Positions 1-13,900 of a stretch of 64,000 bases of DNA are shown piece by piece. Source of the DNA: an uncultured Rhodospirillaceae bacterium (GTDB lineage Bacteria > Pseudomonadota > Alphaproteobacteria > UBA7887). Location: assembly GCA_964408735.1 (NCBI GenBank), contig CAYPAX010000008.1, positions 2,025 through 66,024 of the forward strand, in the 5' to 3' direction. The stretch's first letter is position 1, and each line of letters opens with the position of its first letter. The notes under the pieces are model-generated. The model saw nothing but the letters and a program-made list of their open reading frames with translations. It was not told where the DNA came from and did not search any database. Position numbers and translations under genes: made by a program.

Positions 1-172
1 CGCCGTGGCCTCCTCGAGGTCGAGCACGGCGACCTTGGCCCCGGCCTCGGCCAGCGCCAGGCAGGCGATGCGCCCCAGACCCTTGCCGCCGCCCGTGACG
101 ATGGCGGCATCGCCGTCGAGGCGAAAGCTCGCCAGAACCGAGAAGGATCGTCTGTCGTCCATGATCCGCGCT
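1..172 (-). CDS. Short-chain dehydrogenase/reductase (SDR) family protein, N-terminal fragment (gene continues beyond window start)
   Basis: Minus-strand translation from ATG at 170-172 gives MDDRRSFSVLASFRLDGDAAIVTGGGKGLGRIACLALAEAGAKVAVLDLEEATA. TGGGKGLG is the classic SDR Rossmann motif. The ORF runs off the window. Confidence 0.6.
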
Positions 173-173
173 C

Positions 174-821
174 CTAGAACTTGCCGAATTTGAGATAGGC
201 ATCCTTGGGGTCGACGCCTGAGAGGATGGCGTCGCGCACTTTGTCCTCGGCGGCGACCGCCTCTTCGGCCTTGGTGATGACTGTCTCCACGTGGTCTTGC
301 GGAATCACCACGGCGCCGTCCTTGTCGGCGATCAGGTAGTCGCCGCTGTAGATATCGAGCTGGCCGATGCGCACGCTGGTGCCCATCTCGCCGACGCGCC
401 AGCGCCCGGCGATATCGGCCGGCGTGCGGCCCGTGCAGAAGACGGGAAAGCCGAGCTTGAGGATGAAATCGACATCGCGGCAGAGACCGTCGGAGACATA
501 GCCGAGCACGCCGCGCACTTTCAGCGTCTCGGCCGACAGCTCGCCCATCAGGGCGATGGAGGTGTCGTTGGGCTGGCAAACCACCACATGGCCCGCCGGC
601 GCGGCAGAGAGGAACTCTGTCCAGCCCAGCAGGGACTCGTCGCGGCTGACGTGAGGCGCGCGGATGCCCGAAAGCGTCCAGATCGGTCCAGCGAGGGTGC
701 GCTCCGGATCGAGTGCCTGGATCTCGGGCGGCAGGGCCTGGCCGGCCATGCCCATATCGGAAAGCGTGTCGTAGACCACGCCCGTGTAAAGCGCGCGCAA
801 GCGCTCGCTAAGATCGGTCAT
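174..821 (-). CDS. RraA-family protein (RNase E activity regulator / 4-hydroxy-4-methyl-2-oxoglutarate aldolase-like)
   Basis: 215-aa ORF. Composition and motifs are typical of the RraA/MenG-like fold. Confidence 0.75.
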   Translation of the reverse strand: MTDLSERLRALYTGVVYDTLSDMGMAGQALPPEIQALDPERTLAGPIWTLSGIRAPHVSRDESLLGWTEFLSAAPAGHVVVCQPNDTSIALMGELSAETLKVRGVLGYVSDGLCRDVDFILKLGFPVFCTGRTPADIAGRWRVGEMGTSVRIGQLDIYSGDYLIADKDGAVVIPQDHVETVITKAEEAVAAEDKVRDAILSGVDPKDAYLKFGKF

Positions 822-843
822 CGTTCTTCCACTCGATTGGGTG

Positions 844-1011
844 TTATTCGCCTGTCTGGATGACGCACTCGTTGCTGCTGGGGTCGAAGTCGCCGGGGCA
901 CATCATGCGCACAGGATTGAAATCGTCGCGCTGGGCCGAACACGCGCCGAGCGCCAGCCCGGCGGCGAGGATGCACAGGGCTGCGATATGGCGTGTCGGT
1001 TTCTTGGTCAT
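844..1011 (-). CDS. Small putative lipoprotein (55 aa)
   Basis: Internal ATG at 1009-1011 gives MTKKPTRHIAALCILAAGLALGAC... This is a signal peptide with an LGAC lipobox followed by a Cys-containing mature part. The upstream part of the track ORF is Arg-rich junk. Confidence 0.4.
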   Translation of the reverse strand: MTKKPTRHIAALCILAAGLALGACSAQRDDFNPVRMMCPGDFDPSSNECVIQTGE

Positions 1012-1054
1012 GACGAGATCCTCTTGCGGCGGAGCGCGGCGGCGCAGGCGGCGA

Positions 1055-1597
1055 CTATAGCCCGCTTTCGTCAAGCCGCGAAAGCCGTCCTGCCGCGGCA
1101 TGGGCAAAGAGCAGGGTTTGGCGATTGCGTGCCGCCGTGGCCATAGGCGAATGCGGTGCCGGGCGCACTACCTCTCCGCCAAAACGGTCGGCCACCATGA
1201 TGCCAGTGTCTTCAGGCAGTTGGCCCAGGGGAAAGTCGGCGGCGACGGCGAAAAAGAAACGGTCGCAGGCATCGAGATAGGCCGGCCATTTGTCGTCGGC
1301 GCGCAGGTCCGGCAGGCCCGACTTGACTTCGACGATGGCAAAGCGGCCGCGCCCGTCGAGGCCGATGATATCGACCCGGCGGCCATTGGCGAGGCGCATT
1401 TCTGTCAGGCTGCGATAGCCGAGATCGCCGAGCAGGCGCGCCGCCCCACGGGTGATGTCCTCGGCGCTGGCCAGCCCGTTGCTCACCGGATCCCGATCGG
1501 CCAAATCGGGCCGGCTGCCGGGAATCGCACGATGCGCACGCACCAGCGGCCGTTTGGTCCGCTGCCGTGCCTCCCCGAAGGGCAAATCGTGCTGCAT
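1055..1597 (-). CDS. MmcB-family DNA repair protein-like (PD-(D/E)XK nuclease-like)
   Basis: 180-aa ORF with RRVDIIGLD...FAIVEVKSG core, resembling the MmcB/DUF1052 family common in alphaproteobacteria. Exact start uncertain. Confidence 0.55.
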   Translation of the reverse strand: MQHDLPFGEARQRTKRPLVRAHRAIPGSRPDLADRDPVSNGLASAEDITRGAARLLGDLGYRSLTEMRLANGRRVDIIGLDGRGRFAIVEVKSGLPDLRADDKWPAYLDACDRFFFAVAADFPLGQLPEDTGIMVADRFGGEVVRPAPHSPMATAARNRQTLLFAHAAAGRLSRLDESGL

Positions 1598-1637
1598 GGT
1601 CTCGACCCGCGGCGGCTTGCCGCGAGCGTCGATGCCG

Positions 1638-1766
1638 TTAGGTCAGGAATAGCGCCATCAGCGCCAAGGTTACGGCCACCGCCGCCGTGGAGTAGATCGT
1701 CAGGCGCACGAACGCCTTCCACGTGACTTGATGTTCCTCAAGCGATTGTTGTGCGTTGTATGCCAT
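1638..1766 (-). CDS. 42-aa single-pass membrane protein (aa3-type cytochrome oxidase subunit IV-like small protein?)
   Basis: Hand translation: MAYNAQQSLEEHQVTWKAFVRLTIYSTAAVAVTLALMALFLT*. Polar N-terminus, W-K-x-F, then one transmembrane helix. Below the 60-aa cutoff of the ORF track. Confidence 0.35.
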   Translation of the reverse strand: MAYNAQQSLEEHQVTWKAFVRLTIYSTAAVAVTLALMALFLT

Positions 1767-1877
1767 TCTCGATGATCCCCTGGGCTGTGTTCCCCTGCTA
1801 ACAGGGCGCTAGAAATAGCCCACCCGGGGGCCCGGCACAAGACCGTGCAGGCCGGGGAAGATTCACGGACCCCGGGG

Positions 1878-1907
1878 CTTGTGTTGCAAAATTACAACAT
1901 TATATCT
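1878..1907 (+). promoter_or_regulatory. Candidate sigma-32 (RpoH) heat-shock promoter of clpB
   Basis: CTTG at 1878-1881, 17-nt spacer, then ATTATATCT at 1899-1907. This fits the alphaproteobacterial RpoH consensus CTTG-N17-CyTATnTnnG. It lies 30 nt upstream of the clpB ATG. A GGGGA Shine-Dalgarno sits at 1927-1931. Confidence 0.4.
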
Positions 1908-1936
1908 CCGGTGGACCGCAGTCGCTGGGGATAGCC

Positions 1937-4527
<2,591 letters not shown>

Positions 4528-4531
<4 letters not shown>

Positions 4532-7482
4532 CGCTCGTCCTCGGCGCCGTCCTGGGCGACGGCACGAATGCCCGGCAGCTCCGCATACATGACCTGAAGC
4601 CGGTCACGCTCGGCCGCGAACCGCGCCAGGTCCGTTCCCGCCAGCCGCACGCCCGTAGGCAGCTTGACGCTCAGCGGGTTGACCTGCTTGCCATTGTGTA
4701 GAATTTCGTAGTGCAGGTGCGGTCCGGTGGACAGCCCGGTGCTGCCGACAAAGCCGATGGTCTGCCCTTGGATCACGCGCTTGCCTGCATAGATGCCTTT
4801 GGCATAGCTCTTCAGGTGCGCATAGGCAGTGCTGTAATCGCTGTTGTGGCGGATACGCACATAGTTGCCATAGCCGCTAAAGCGCGAGGCGCGCTCTACC
4901 ACGCCATCGCCTGCGGCATAGATAGGCGTGCCGCGCGGTGCCGCAAAATCCAGGCCCTTGTGCATCTTGTTGTAGCCCTGCACCGGGTGGCGGCGCACGC
5001 CGAAACGAGACGACAGGCGCGCACCGTCGATCGGCGTGCGCATCAGCGCCTTTCGCGTGCTGCGGCCCTGGGCATCGAAATAGTCGACGCGGCCGTCGGC
5101 CAGCTGATAGCGGTATAGCGGCGTGTCGGCACCGGACAGGTTCATCGAAGCGAAAAATATGTCACCAGCCTGAACTTCGTTGCCGGCGTCGTCCACCAGC
5201 ATGTCGAACATCAGCGTGAAGGTGTCGCCGCGCTGGATATCGCGCTGGAAGTCGACCTCGAAGCTGTAGATGCGGATCAGCTCCATCATCACCGAAAGCG
5301 GCAGGCCGGCTTCGACGGCGGCATTGTAGAGGCTCGAGTCGATGACGCCCTCGACGCGGCGCAGGTCGCGGACCAGGTCCTTGTCGACATAGCCCGAGAC
5401 GAAATCGCCTTCCTCGAGGCGCACCACCTCGAGGCGCGACTCGCCGCCCATGTCGAGACTGATGGCGCCGAGCTGCAATTGCGATTCCGGCTGCCCGGCC
5501 AGGCCGACCCGTTGCTGGGCGCCGACGAAGGTCACCGCCAATTCGTTGCCGGCGCGCAACCGCCGTGGATCGTAGAGCTCGCGCATGGCGGTGATAGCCT
5601 CATGCGCCTCGGCGCGCGCCACGCCTGCGCCGACCAGTGCACCCATCAGGGTATTGCCATTGCCGATGGTCAGGTTCCGCACCATCACTCCGGCGTTGAG
5701 ATCGACGATGCGGTGGCCGTTGACCCGGCTTGCCAGGTCGTCGCCTGCCGGCTCCTCGGCGGCCGCGGCCTGGCGCTCCTCGGGCGGCAGGCTGGCGAGG
5801 CGCCGGTCTTGTGCCTCGGCCGTCTGCAGCGCTTCCTCCAGCGCCGCGATATTTGTCTTATGCGCTTGGAAGCTCTCGCCTTTGCGTTCGACGATGACGG
5901 CGGATTTGCGCCCCGATTGAAGGGTAAAGCCGATCAGTCGCGCCTCGCCGATGCTGCCGGCGATCTCCACCACCAGACGCTGGCCGATATTGAGGCGATT
6001 GGGATTGTGCACTTTGCGCAAGCCGATCAGCGCGCGAACGATGTCGCCCTTGCCGGCGCCGGCATCGGCGAGCAGGGCGGACAGATTGTCGCCGCGAGCA
6101 ATGGTCGCCACGCTGAAGCTGTGGCTTATCGGCGGCAGGTCCGCAGGATCGACCGCGGGCTCGGTCTCGACCACCTCCGGCTCGGCTTCGACCTCGAACT
6201 CTTCAGCCGCCGGCACGTGAATGACGGCGGGCGAGGGCGCGCTGGCCGCAACCTCGGCCAAATCTTCAGTCAGTGGCCAACCCAGCACCACGGCTTCGTT
6301 GCCGCGCAGCTTGGCGGACAGGCCGACAAGCTGCTGCCGGCCGCCACTTTGCGGCGCCGCGAAGGTCAGGCGGAAGGTCTCGCCGATTTGCAGGCGCCGC
6401 ATGTCTACAATCTTGGCCAGCTCGCGCACGGCGCGGTTCGCCTCTTCGCGGTTGGCGCCGGCCGATACCAGACGATTGAAAAGGATCTCGTTCTTGCCGA
6501 GCGTGATGCTGCGGGTCTCGGTCTCACCGGCTGGCGCTTCGCGCTCCGTCAGCCCCACCACCAGGGTCTGCTCAGGCACGTCTTCACCGGCTGCTTCCGT
6601 CTGCTCCGCGGCCTCCTGGGCACGCTCGTCGCCTGCAACCACGGCGGCCGGGCCGTGATGCCAGCCGCCCTCGACGCCGCGACCGACCACGCTCTGGCGC
6701 CCGCCGCGAAGGGTCAGGGCAACACCTGCCAGGCGCGAGCCCTCGTCGCCGGTCTCGAACGTCACCGTTACGGCCTGGCCGATCTGCAGGCGCCGCAGAT
6801 TGATCCGCTCGCCGACCTTCTCGGATGCGGCATAGGCGTCGCTGGTGCTGGCACCGGCCTCGATCAGCAGGCGGTAAAGGGACTGGCCGCGTTGCAGAAC
6901 CATATCGCGTGCCGACAGGCCGCCGCTGTCGTCAGGTGCCAGCTCGACGATCGAATTCAAGAGCGTTTCCGCTTCCGCCGCCGTCATGCGCTTGGCCGAG
7001 AAGCGATCGCCGAAATCTCGAAATGCGACGGCGACCTTGTCGTTGCGAAGATTGAGAGAGACGCTGATCAAACGGTTGCTGGCGCCGCCCGTGGTCATCG
7101 GGTCGAGGCGCAGTGTGACGCGCTGGCCGATCTGCAAGCGCCGCAAATTGTAGACCCGGCCAAGCGCCGCGACGGCGTTGGCGGTTTCGTTGCGCCCGAC
7201 CCCTGCAGCATGGAGAATATCGGCCAGGGTTTGTCCGCGCGTAATCCGCAGCGTGCGCGTGGTCGCCTGAGCCGGCTCGAAGCCGCGCCCTTGTACGGCC
7301 GTGCCATCGCCCAAGGCATCATCGGGATAGCCGATGCGATAGACCTTGGCGCCGCCCTCGTAGCGCACGAGGGAACTGCCCAGGTCGATTACGCCTTCAT
7401 TGGCAAAGGATGCCGAGGGTAATGCAAGGCACGCAAAAGCAGCGGCCACCCCCCCCAGCGTACGCGCAAAGCTCATGCGCAA
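4528..7482 (-). CDS. M23 family metallopeptidase with five tandem LysM-like (OapA-type) repeats and N-terminal signal peptide
   Basis: C-terminus carries the LytM/M23 motifs ([22 protein letters not shown]...[15 protein letters not shown]). N-terminus is a signal peptide. Five ~50-aa repeats of pattern G-x-x-L-x-x-L-x-x-AG...RRLQIGQ-x-V-T. Overlaps the clpB stop by 4 nt (convergent). Confidence 0.85.
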
Positions 7483-7634
7483 GACTCCGTCAGTTTCCTA
7501 TCCGCCACACGCCGGGACGCTCTAACCGGCCATGCTTGACCGCATATTACGGTCTAAGCGTGAACAAAAATGTGACGAAAGTCCTATTTTGTCAATCAAA
7601 TCCGAAATTTATGAGAATTTTCGCAAACCTGAAT

Positions 7635-8387
7635 CTACGGTGCCGCGAACACCCGTTGCAGCAGGGCAGTGGTACGTGCTCCCGGGTTGTTGCGGATAGC
7701 GGCTTCCTCCTGCGCCAGCTTGTGGAAAAGGCCGCTCAGGGTCATTTCCAGGGCATAATTGGCGATATCGCCTTTGACGTCGGGCGCCAGCGGCATGGCG
7801 TCGTAGGGGCCCATCATCGAATCATAGGCGCGCACCACACCGGTATCGGCCATGGCGGAATCGACGATGGGACGCATGCGCGCGACCAGGTCAGGCGTCA
7901 TGATGCGCTCGAAATATCGTGTCGCAGCGTCGTCGGGCCCGTTGTAGATGGCCCTGGCGTCATCCAGGGTCATGGCGGCGATGGCATTGAGAAACACCTC
8001 GCGCGCTTGCGGCGCGGCGGTCTCTGCGGCACGGTTGAGGCGCAGCTCCAGATCGTCGCCCAACCCACCCATGCCGACCCGCGAAAGCACGCCATGCACG
8101 TCGGCGAGATAGCCGGGGAGGGGGATGTGAATCTCGGAATCCCCATTATAGCCATCGAAGCGGCCGACCAGGTCGACGACGCGCCCGGTGCCCACGCGCA
8201 GGGCCTCGATCAGGCCGTCGGCGACCTCGACGGTGCTGAGCGCGCCGACCGCCGCGGCGCTGCCGCCGTCGCTCGGCTGCACCTCCCGCAAGATATCCAG
8301 GGCGTCGTCGAGAAGATTGTCGGTCGCCACGGCCGGGCCATGAAAGGCGCAGACGGCGATGGCAGGCAGGATCCATCTCGCTTTCAT
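7635..8387 (-). CDS. DUF4197-like periplasmic protein (250 aa)
   Basis: Real start is the internal ATG at 8385-8387 (MKARWILPAIAVCAFHGPAVA, a signal peptide). GGGAGA Shine-Dalgarno just upstream. The N-terminal 179 aa of the track ORF are S/T/R/C-rich junk. Confidence 0.6.
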   Translation of the reverse strand: MKARWILPAIAVCAFHGPAVATDNLLDDALDILREVQPSDGGSAAAVGALSTVEVADGLIEALRVGTGRVVDLVGRFDGYNGDSEIHIPLPGYLADVHGVLSRVGMGGLGDDLELRLNRAAETAAPQAREVFLNAIAAMTLDDARAIYNGPDDAATRYFERIMTPDLVARMRPIVDSAMADTGVVRAYDSMMGPYDAMPLAPDVKGDIANYALEMTLSGLFHKLAQEEAAIRNNPGARTTALLQRVFAAP

Positions 8388-8406
8388 GACTTGGTCTCCC
8401 TGCACA

Positions 8407-9069
8407 TTACTCGCACTCGGCTGGCAGCTCCGGCATGATCTCCAATGCTTCGCCCAGGCGCATGGCCTGCGCCATCGCATCCGTCTCCGCTTCCAGCTCC
8501 AGCTGCTTGGCGTAGATCTGATAATACCCCGAGACAACGTTGCCCGCCCGCAAGCCGAGCTGCACCGAGACGGCGTCTGCGTCGAACTGGCTGTAGTGCC
8601 AGGAGTTTCCCATCTGCAGCGAGCCGAGATATTCCGACGGCCGCTCTTCCACCCAGGGTTCGCGGTAGTGTTCGGCACTGCCCTCGCCATAACGCTCGAC
8701 CAGGAAGTCGCGCAGCTCGTCGTAGCGGGCCAACAGCTCGCTGCCCTCGCCGCTGGTGTCGCGTATCGACTGGCCTTGAACGGAGATGCGCCAGAGCCGG
8801 TCGTCAAAGCCGAGGAACACGATGACCTGGGCGATATCCGGCAACCAAGCCTGCAAGCCGTGAACCAGGAAGCCACGGCCATCGTTCTCGTCGAGGCACA
8901 TGTCGTCGAGCGTGATGTCGGCATCGCTCTCGAGAAGCTCGTCGAGCGACATGCCCCAGGCCAGCCCGAGCGCTTCCTCGATCCCGGGCTCGGCGGCGGC
9001 AGGCGTGCAAAGCATCGCTGCCGCCAGGCAGTACCATCCCACCAGGATCTGCTTGCTCAAAGACCACAT
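8407..9069 (-). CDS. Secreted hypothetical protein (220 aa, signal peptide, acidic)
   Basis: N-terminus MWSLSKQILVGWYCLAAAMLCTPAAA is a signal peptide. Directly upstream of, and co-oriented with, the DUF4197 gene. Confidence 0.5.
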   Translation of the reverse strand: MWSLSKQILVGWYCLAAAMLCTPAAAEPGIEEALGLAWGMSLDELLESDADITLDDMCLDENDGRGFLVHGLQAWLPDIAQVIVFLGFDDRLWRISVQGQSIRDTSGEGSELLARYDELRDFLVERYGEGSAEHYREPWVEERPSEYLGSLQMGNSWHYSQFDADAVSVQLGLRAGNVVSGYYQIYAKQLELEAETDAMAQAMRLGEALEIMPELPAECE

Positions 9070-9230
9070 CAGCGCTTGTCCTCAACGTCTTGGTCCAGCC
9101 TATCGCCATCCCTGTCGCAGCTCCCCGGCAATGGCGATCGCAACAGGGTAGCAAATCCCTTGATTGTTGGTGAAAAATCGCTACGACCGGCCCCGCGGCG
9201 CGATAGTCCGCCGACCGGGAGAGCAATACC

Positions 9231-10934
9231 ATGCCTGATCCAGCCCAACAGCACGCGGCACCGAAGAGCGATCTGGAGATCGCCCAGGCCGCATCCCTGA
9301 GGCCGATTGCCGAAGTCGCCGCCAACGGCCTCGGCCTGCCGGAGGAGGCGTTGGAGCCCTATGGGCGCAGCAAGGCGAAGCTGTCGCTGTCGCATATCGA
9401 AAGCCTCGCCGACCGTCCCGACGGCAAGCTCATTCTTGTCACCGCGATTACACCGACACCGGCTGGCGAGGGCAAGACGACGACCACGGTCGGCCTCGGC
9501 GATGCCTTGAACACCATCGGCAAGCGTGCCGTCATGGCGCTGCGCGAGCCGAGCCTCGGGCCGTGTTTCGGCATGAAGGGCGGCGCCGCGGGCGGCGGCT
9601 ATGCCCAGGTCGTGCCGATGGAGGATATCAATCTCCATTTCACCGGCGATTTCCACGCCATCGGCGTCGCCAACAACTTGCTCGCCGCGATGGTCGACAA
9701 TCACATCTACTGGGGCAACGAGGAGAAGCTCGACCTGCGCCGCATCACCTGGCGACGTGTGGTCGACATGAACGATCGTGCCCTGCGTCAGACGACCTGC
9801 TCGCTTGGTGGCGTCGCCAACGGCTTTCCTCGTCAGGACGGTTTCGATATCACCGTCGCCAGCGAGGTCATGGCAATCTTCTGTCTGGCAACGGACCTTG
9901 AGGATCTGCAGCGCCGCGTCGGCAATATCATCGTCGGCTATCGCCGCGACCGCACACCCGTGCGGGCCTCCAGCCTGTCAGCGGCGGGACCGATGACGGC
10001 GCTGCTCAAGGACGCGCTGGCACCCAATCTGGTGCAGACCCTGGAGGGCAATCCCGCCTTTGTCCATGGCGGGCCCTTTGCCAATATCGCTCATGGCTGC
10101 AACTCGGTGGTCGCCACGCGGGCGGCACTCAAGCTTGCCGACTATGTGGTTACCGAGGCCGGATTCGGCGCCGATCTCGGGGCGCAGAAGTTCTTCGACA
10201 TCAAATGCCGCAAGGCCGGCCTGACCCCGGACTGCGTGGTGCTGGTGGCGACCATCCGGGCGCTCAAGATGCATGGCGGTGTGGCCCGCGAGGACCTGGG
10301 CACGGAGAACGTCGCGGCACTTCGGGAGGGCATCAGCAATCTCGCCCGGCATGTGTCCAATCTGCGTGGCTACGGCATGCCGCTGGTGGTGGCGATCAAC
10401 AAGTTCTCCGCCGACAGCGAAGACGAAGTCACGGTGTTGCTCGAGGCTTGCGCCGAGCTCGGTGTGGAGGCCGTGCTGGCGGACCATTGGGCGGCGGGCG
10501 GTGCAGGGGCGACGGATTTGGCTGAGCTCGTGGTACGCACCATCGATCGCGACGACAATGCCTTCCAGCTGCTCTATCCCGACGGCCTGTCGCTTTGGGA
10601 AAAGACGCGCACCGTGGCGCAGCGCATCTACGGCGCCGACAACATCATTGCGGACAAAGCCATTCGCAACCGCTTCCGCGAGCTGGAAGCCGCCGGTTTC
10701 GGCGATATTCCCGTATGCATCGCCAAGACGCAGTACAGCTTCTCGACAGACCCGGGCCTCAAAGGCGCGCCGAGCGACCATGTGGTGCCGGTTCGCGAGT
10801 TGCGCCTGGCCGGCGGGGCGGAATTCCTGGTCGTGGTCTGCGGCGATATCATGACCATGCCCGGCCTGCCTCGCCACCCCGCGGCGGAGAACATCGGTGT
10901 CGATGGCGACGGCCAGGTCGTCGGTTTGTTCTGA
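9231..10934 (+). CDS. fhs: Formate--tetrahydrofolate ligase
   Basis: 567-aa ORF with the [16 protein letters not shown]-loop and full-length FTHFS architecture. Confidence 0.95.
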   Translation: MPDPAQQHAAPKSDLEIAQAASLRPIAEVAANGLGLPEEALEPYGRSKAKLSLSHIESLADRPDGKLILVTAITPTPAGEGKTTTTVGLGDALNTIGKRAVMALREPSLGPCFGMKGGAAGGGYAQVVPMEDINLHFTGDFHAIGVANNLLAAMVDNHIYWGNEEKLDLRRITWRRVVDMNDRALRQTTCSLGGVANGFPRQDGFDITVASEVMAIFCLATDLEDLQRRVGNIIVGYRRDRTPVRASSLSAAGPMTALLKDALAPNLVQTLEGNPAFVHGGPFANIAHGCNSVVATRAALKLADYVVTEAGFGADLGAQKFFDIKCRKAGLTPDCVVLVATIRALKMHGGVAREDLGTENVAALREGISNLARHVSNLRGYGMPLVVAINKFSADSEDEVTVLLEACAELGVEAVLADHWAAGGAGATDLAELVVRTIDRDDNAFQLLYPDGLSLWEKTRTVAQRIYGADNIIADKAIRNRFRELEAAGFGDIPVCIAKTQYSFSTDPGLKGAPSDHVVPVRELRLAGGAEFLVVVCGDIMTMPGLPRHPAAENIGVDGDGQVVGLF

Positions 10935-10977
10935 TGCTGCGCCACGGCGTAGAATGACCGCGGACAGGAGCCAGAGC

Positions 10978-13900
10978 ATGGATTGCCCGGGATGCGGCGC
11001 AGCCAACGTTGCGGAAGCGAGGTTCTGTGCCGAGTGCGGCACGGCGCTGCCCGGCCCCTGCGCCTCTTGCGGCACGGTCAGCCCTGCCCAGGCAAAGTTC
11101 TGCATCGGTTGCGGCGCCGCGCTCGGCGGGGCGAACGAGCCTGCAGTGCCGGCCGAAGCCGAAGCCGGAGACGATATCGAGCGCAGGCAGGTCACCATCC
11201 TTTTCGTCGACCTTACCGATTACACGCGCCTGACCGGCAGCCTGGGGGCTGAGCGCACCCACGCCCTGGTGCGCCGTTTCTTCGAGCTCGTCGACGGCTT
11301 GGTCAGCGATCACGGCGGTATCGTCGAGCGTCACATCGGCGATGCCATCATGGCCATATACGGCGTGCCTGTCGCCCACGACAATGACGCCGAGCGTGCG
11401 GTACGAACCGCCTTCGCCATTCACAACGCAATGCCGGCCTTGGGCAGCGAATTCGGCCTCTCGCTCAGCGTCCATGCCGGGGTGGCCAGCGGCTTGATCG
11501 TCGCCAGCCGCCCGGACGAAGAGGGCAAGGACTACACCACGGTCGGCAATTCGGTGAACTTGGCGGCGCGTCTGGTATCACTTGCCGGTGCCGGCGAGAC
11601 CGTGATCTCTGATGCGGTCTATCGCTCGGTGATCCGGCATGTCGCGGGCGAGGCGATGGGCGAGGTCAGCGTAAAAGGCGTCGACCGGCCAGTGCGAGCC
11701 TGGCGGGCGCGGAAACTCGACAGTGAGGCAGGTGCCGCTGACCGCCATGGCCTGGTGGGTCGCGAAGCCGAGCTCGGGCAGTTTCACAGTGCGGCACAAT
11801 CCTGCTTACAGCGCGGCCGTGGCCAGGTCATGCATTTGCGCGGCGAGGCGGGTATCGGCAAGACGCGCCTGGCGGAAGAGTTCATGACCATCGCCGGGGC
11901 CAGCGGCTTTGCCTGCCACAACGGCTTCGTGCTCGATTTTGGCTTGGGCGGCGGTCAGGATGCCATCGGCCGTATCGTGCAGACCGTGCTCGGCGCCAAC
12001 CCGGATGCACCAATTCCGGTGCGGGCCGAAGCGGCGGAACGGGCGGTGCGCGGCGGGCTGGTCGGAAACGACGCGCTGATGTTCCTTCATGTCCTGCTCG
12101 ACGTTCCCCTGTCCGACGACGTCCGCCCCACCTATGACGCCATGGACAGCGCCACGCGTGCGGAGGGGCGCCACGCCTGTCTTGTCACGCTGATGCGAAG
12201 GAGCGCCGAGCGCACGCCGATCTGTGCCATCGTCGAGGATGTGCATTGGGCCGACGACGCCCTGCTGCAAGCCCTGGCGGCGGTGGCCGGTGCCAGCGTC
12301 GATGCGCCGCTGCTGCTGTTGCTCACGTCGCGGCCCGAGGGTGACCCGCTCAATCGCCATTGGCGCTCCGCCGCAGGCTCGGTGGCGCTCAGCACGATCG
12401 AGCTGGGGCCGCTGCCAGAGGACGACGCCCTGGCCCTTGCGGCGGGATTTCCGGATCTTAGCGGCGACGCGCTGGCCGAATGCGTGGCGCGCGCCGAAGG
12501 CAATCCGCTCTACCTCGAGCAATTGCTGCACGGGGCCGCCGCCGGCGAGGACGAGGCGGTGCCGGATTCGATCCGCAGCATTGTCCTGTCACGGCTCGAC
12601 AAGCTGTCGCCGCCTCTCAAGCGTGCGCTGCAGGCGGCAAGCGTGCTTGGCCAACGGGTTTCGCCGAAGATCGTTGCAGAGCTTACCGAGGTTGGCGAAG
12701 GGTATTTCGAAGAGCTGGTAACCCTGTCATTGCTGCGCCCGGAAGGCTCTGAATATCGCTTTGCCCATGCCTTGATCCGCGACAGCATTTACGGTGCCTT
12801 GCTCGACGACCAGCGCCACGATTGGCATCGCCGGGCGGCCATAAGTTTTGGCGCACGCGACGAGGTGCTGGAAGCGGAGCATCTGGAGCGGGCGGAGGAT
12901 CCTGGCGCTGCCCGGGCGTACCTGGCTGCCGGCGAGAGTATGCGCGACAAGGCCGATTTTCCGCGCGCCATCGACCTGCTCGGGCGCGGTTTGGCGATTG
13001 TGACGGAATCGTCCGACGAGATCGCCTTGCTGGAAGTCCGTTGCGAGCTTATGCGCGAGGTCGGCATGGTGGCCGAATCCGTATCGGGCTATCGGCGTAT
13101 CCTGGAAATTACCGGCGATGATGCCACGCGCTGCCGTGCCTGGATCGGCATTGCAGCAGGCATGCGTGTCTCGGACAGCTATGAAGAGGCCATTGATGCC
13201 CTGGCTCAGGCCCAGCAGATCGCCGAGAAGCTGGTGCTGACCTTCGAGCTGTCGCAGATTCACTATTATCGCGGCAATATTTATTTCCCTATGGGAAATA
13301 TCGAAGGCTGCCTGAGCGAGCAGCAGCTGGCTTTGGAGCATGCCCGCCGGGCCGGTTCGGTCGAGAACGAGGCGCGTGCCTTGAGCGGGCTGGGCGATGC
13401 CTATTATTCGCGCGGGCGCATGGCCACGGCGCTCGACTATTTCGAGCGCTGCGTCGCCCTCTGCCAGGCCAACGGCATACGCCGTATCGAGGCGGGCAAC
13501 CGTTACATGATCGCCTGGTGCCGGCTTTACCGGAATGAGGTCGAAGGGGCGCTGGAGGAGGCGCAGCGCGCCGTCAGCGTCGCCGTCGAGATCGGTCATC
13601 GCCGGGCGGAAGTGGTGGCACGACTGACCCTTGGGCGAACATTGCTCGCGGCGGGCCAGGATGCGGACGCGGCTGCCATGCTGAAAGAGGGTCGCGCCCT
13701 GGTGCGTGGCATCGGTGCCAACCGCTTCCTGCCCTTCTACGCCATATTCGAAGCGCGCATTGGATTTGCGGCAGGCGACGCGGAGGCTGCGCTTCTGGAG
13801 GGCCTGGAGTCGGACCTGGCTATCTCCCGCGAGACCGGCTTGGGATTTCTCGGACCGTGGATGCTCGGCACTATGGCGCTGGTCGGCGGTAGCGGGTCGG

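Noticed and set aside
4532-4560. GCCGTC-CTGGGC-GACGGC hairpin just after the clpB stop, as a possible terminator
   Set aside because: It is not followed by a T-tract and lies inside the convergent M23 peptidase coding sequence.
5479-7422. 647-aa + strand ORF opposite the M23 peptidase gene
   Set aside because: It is an antisense shadow ORF with Ala/Arg/Gly-rich composition and no motifs. The minus-strand gene has clear LysM-like repeats and M23 motifs.
7410-8438. 342-aa + strand ORF overlapping the DUF4197 gene
   Set aside because: The sequence is Arg/Gly/His-rich with low complexity. It is entirely antisense to a well-formed secreted-protein gene and is a typical high-GC shadow ORF.
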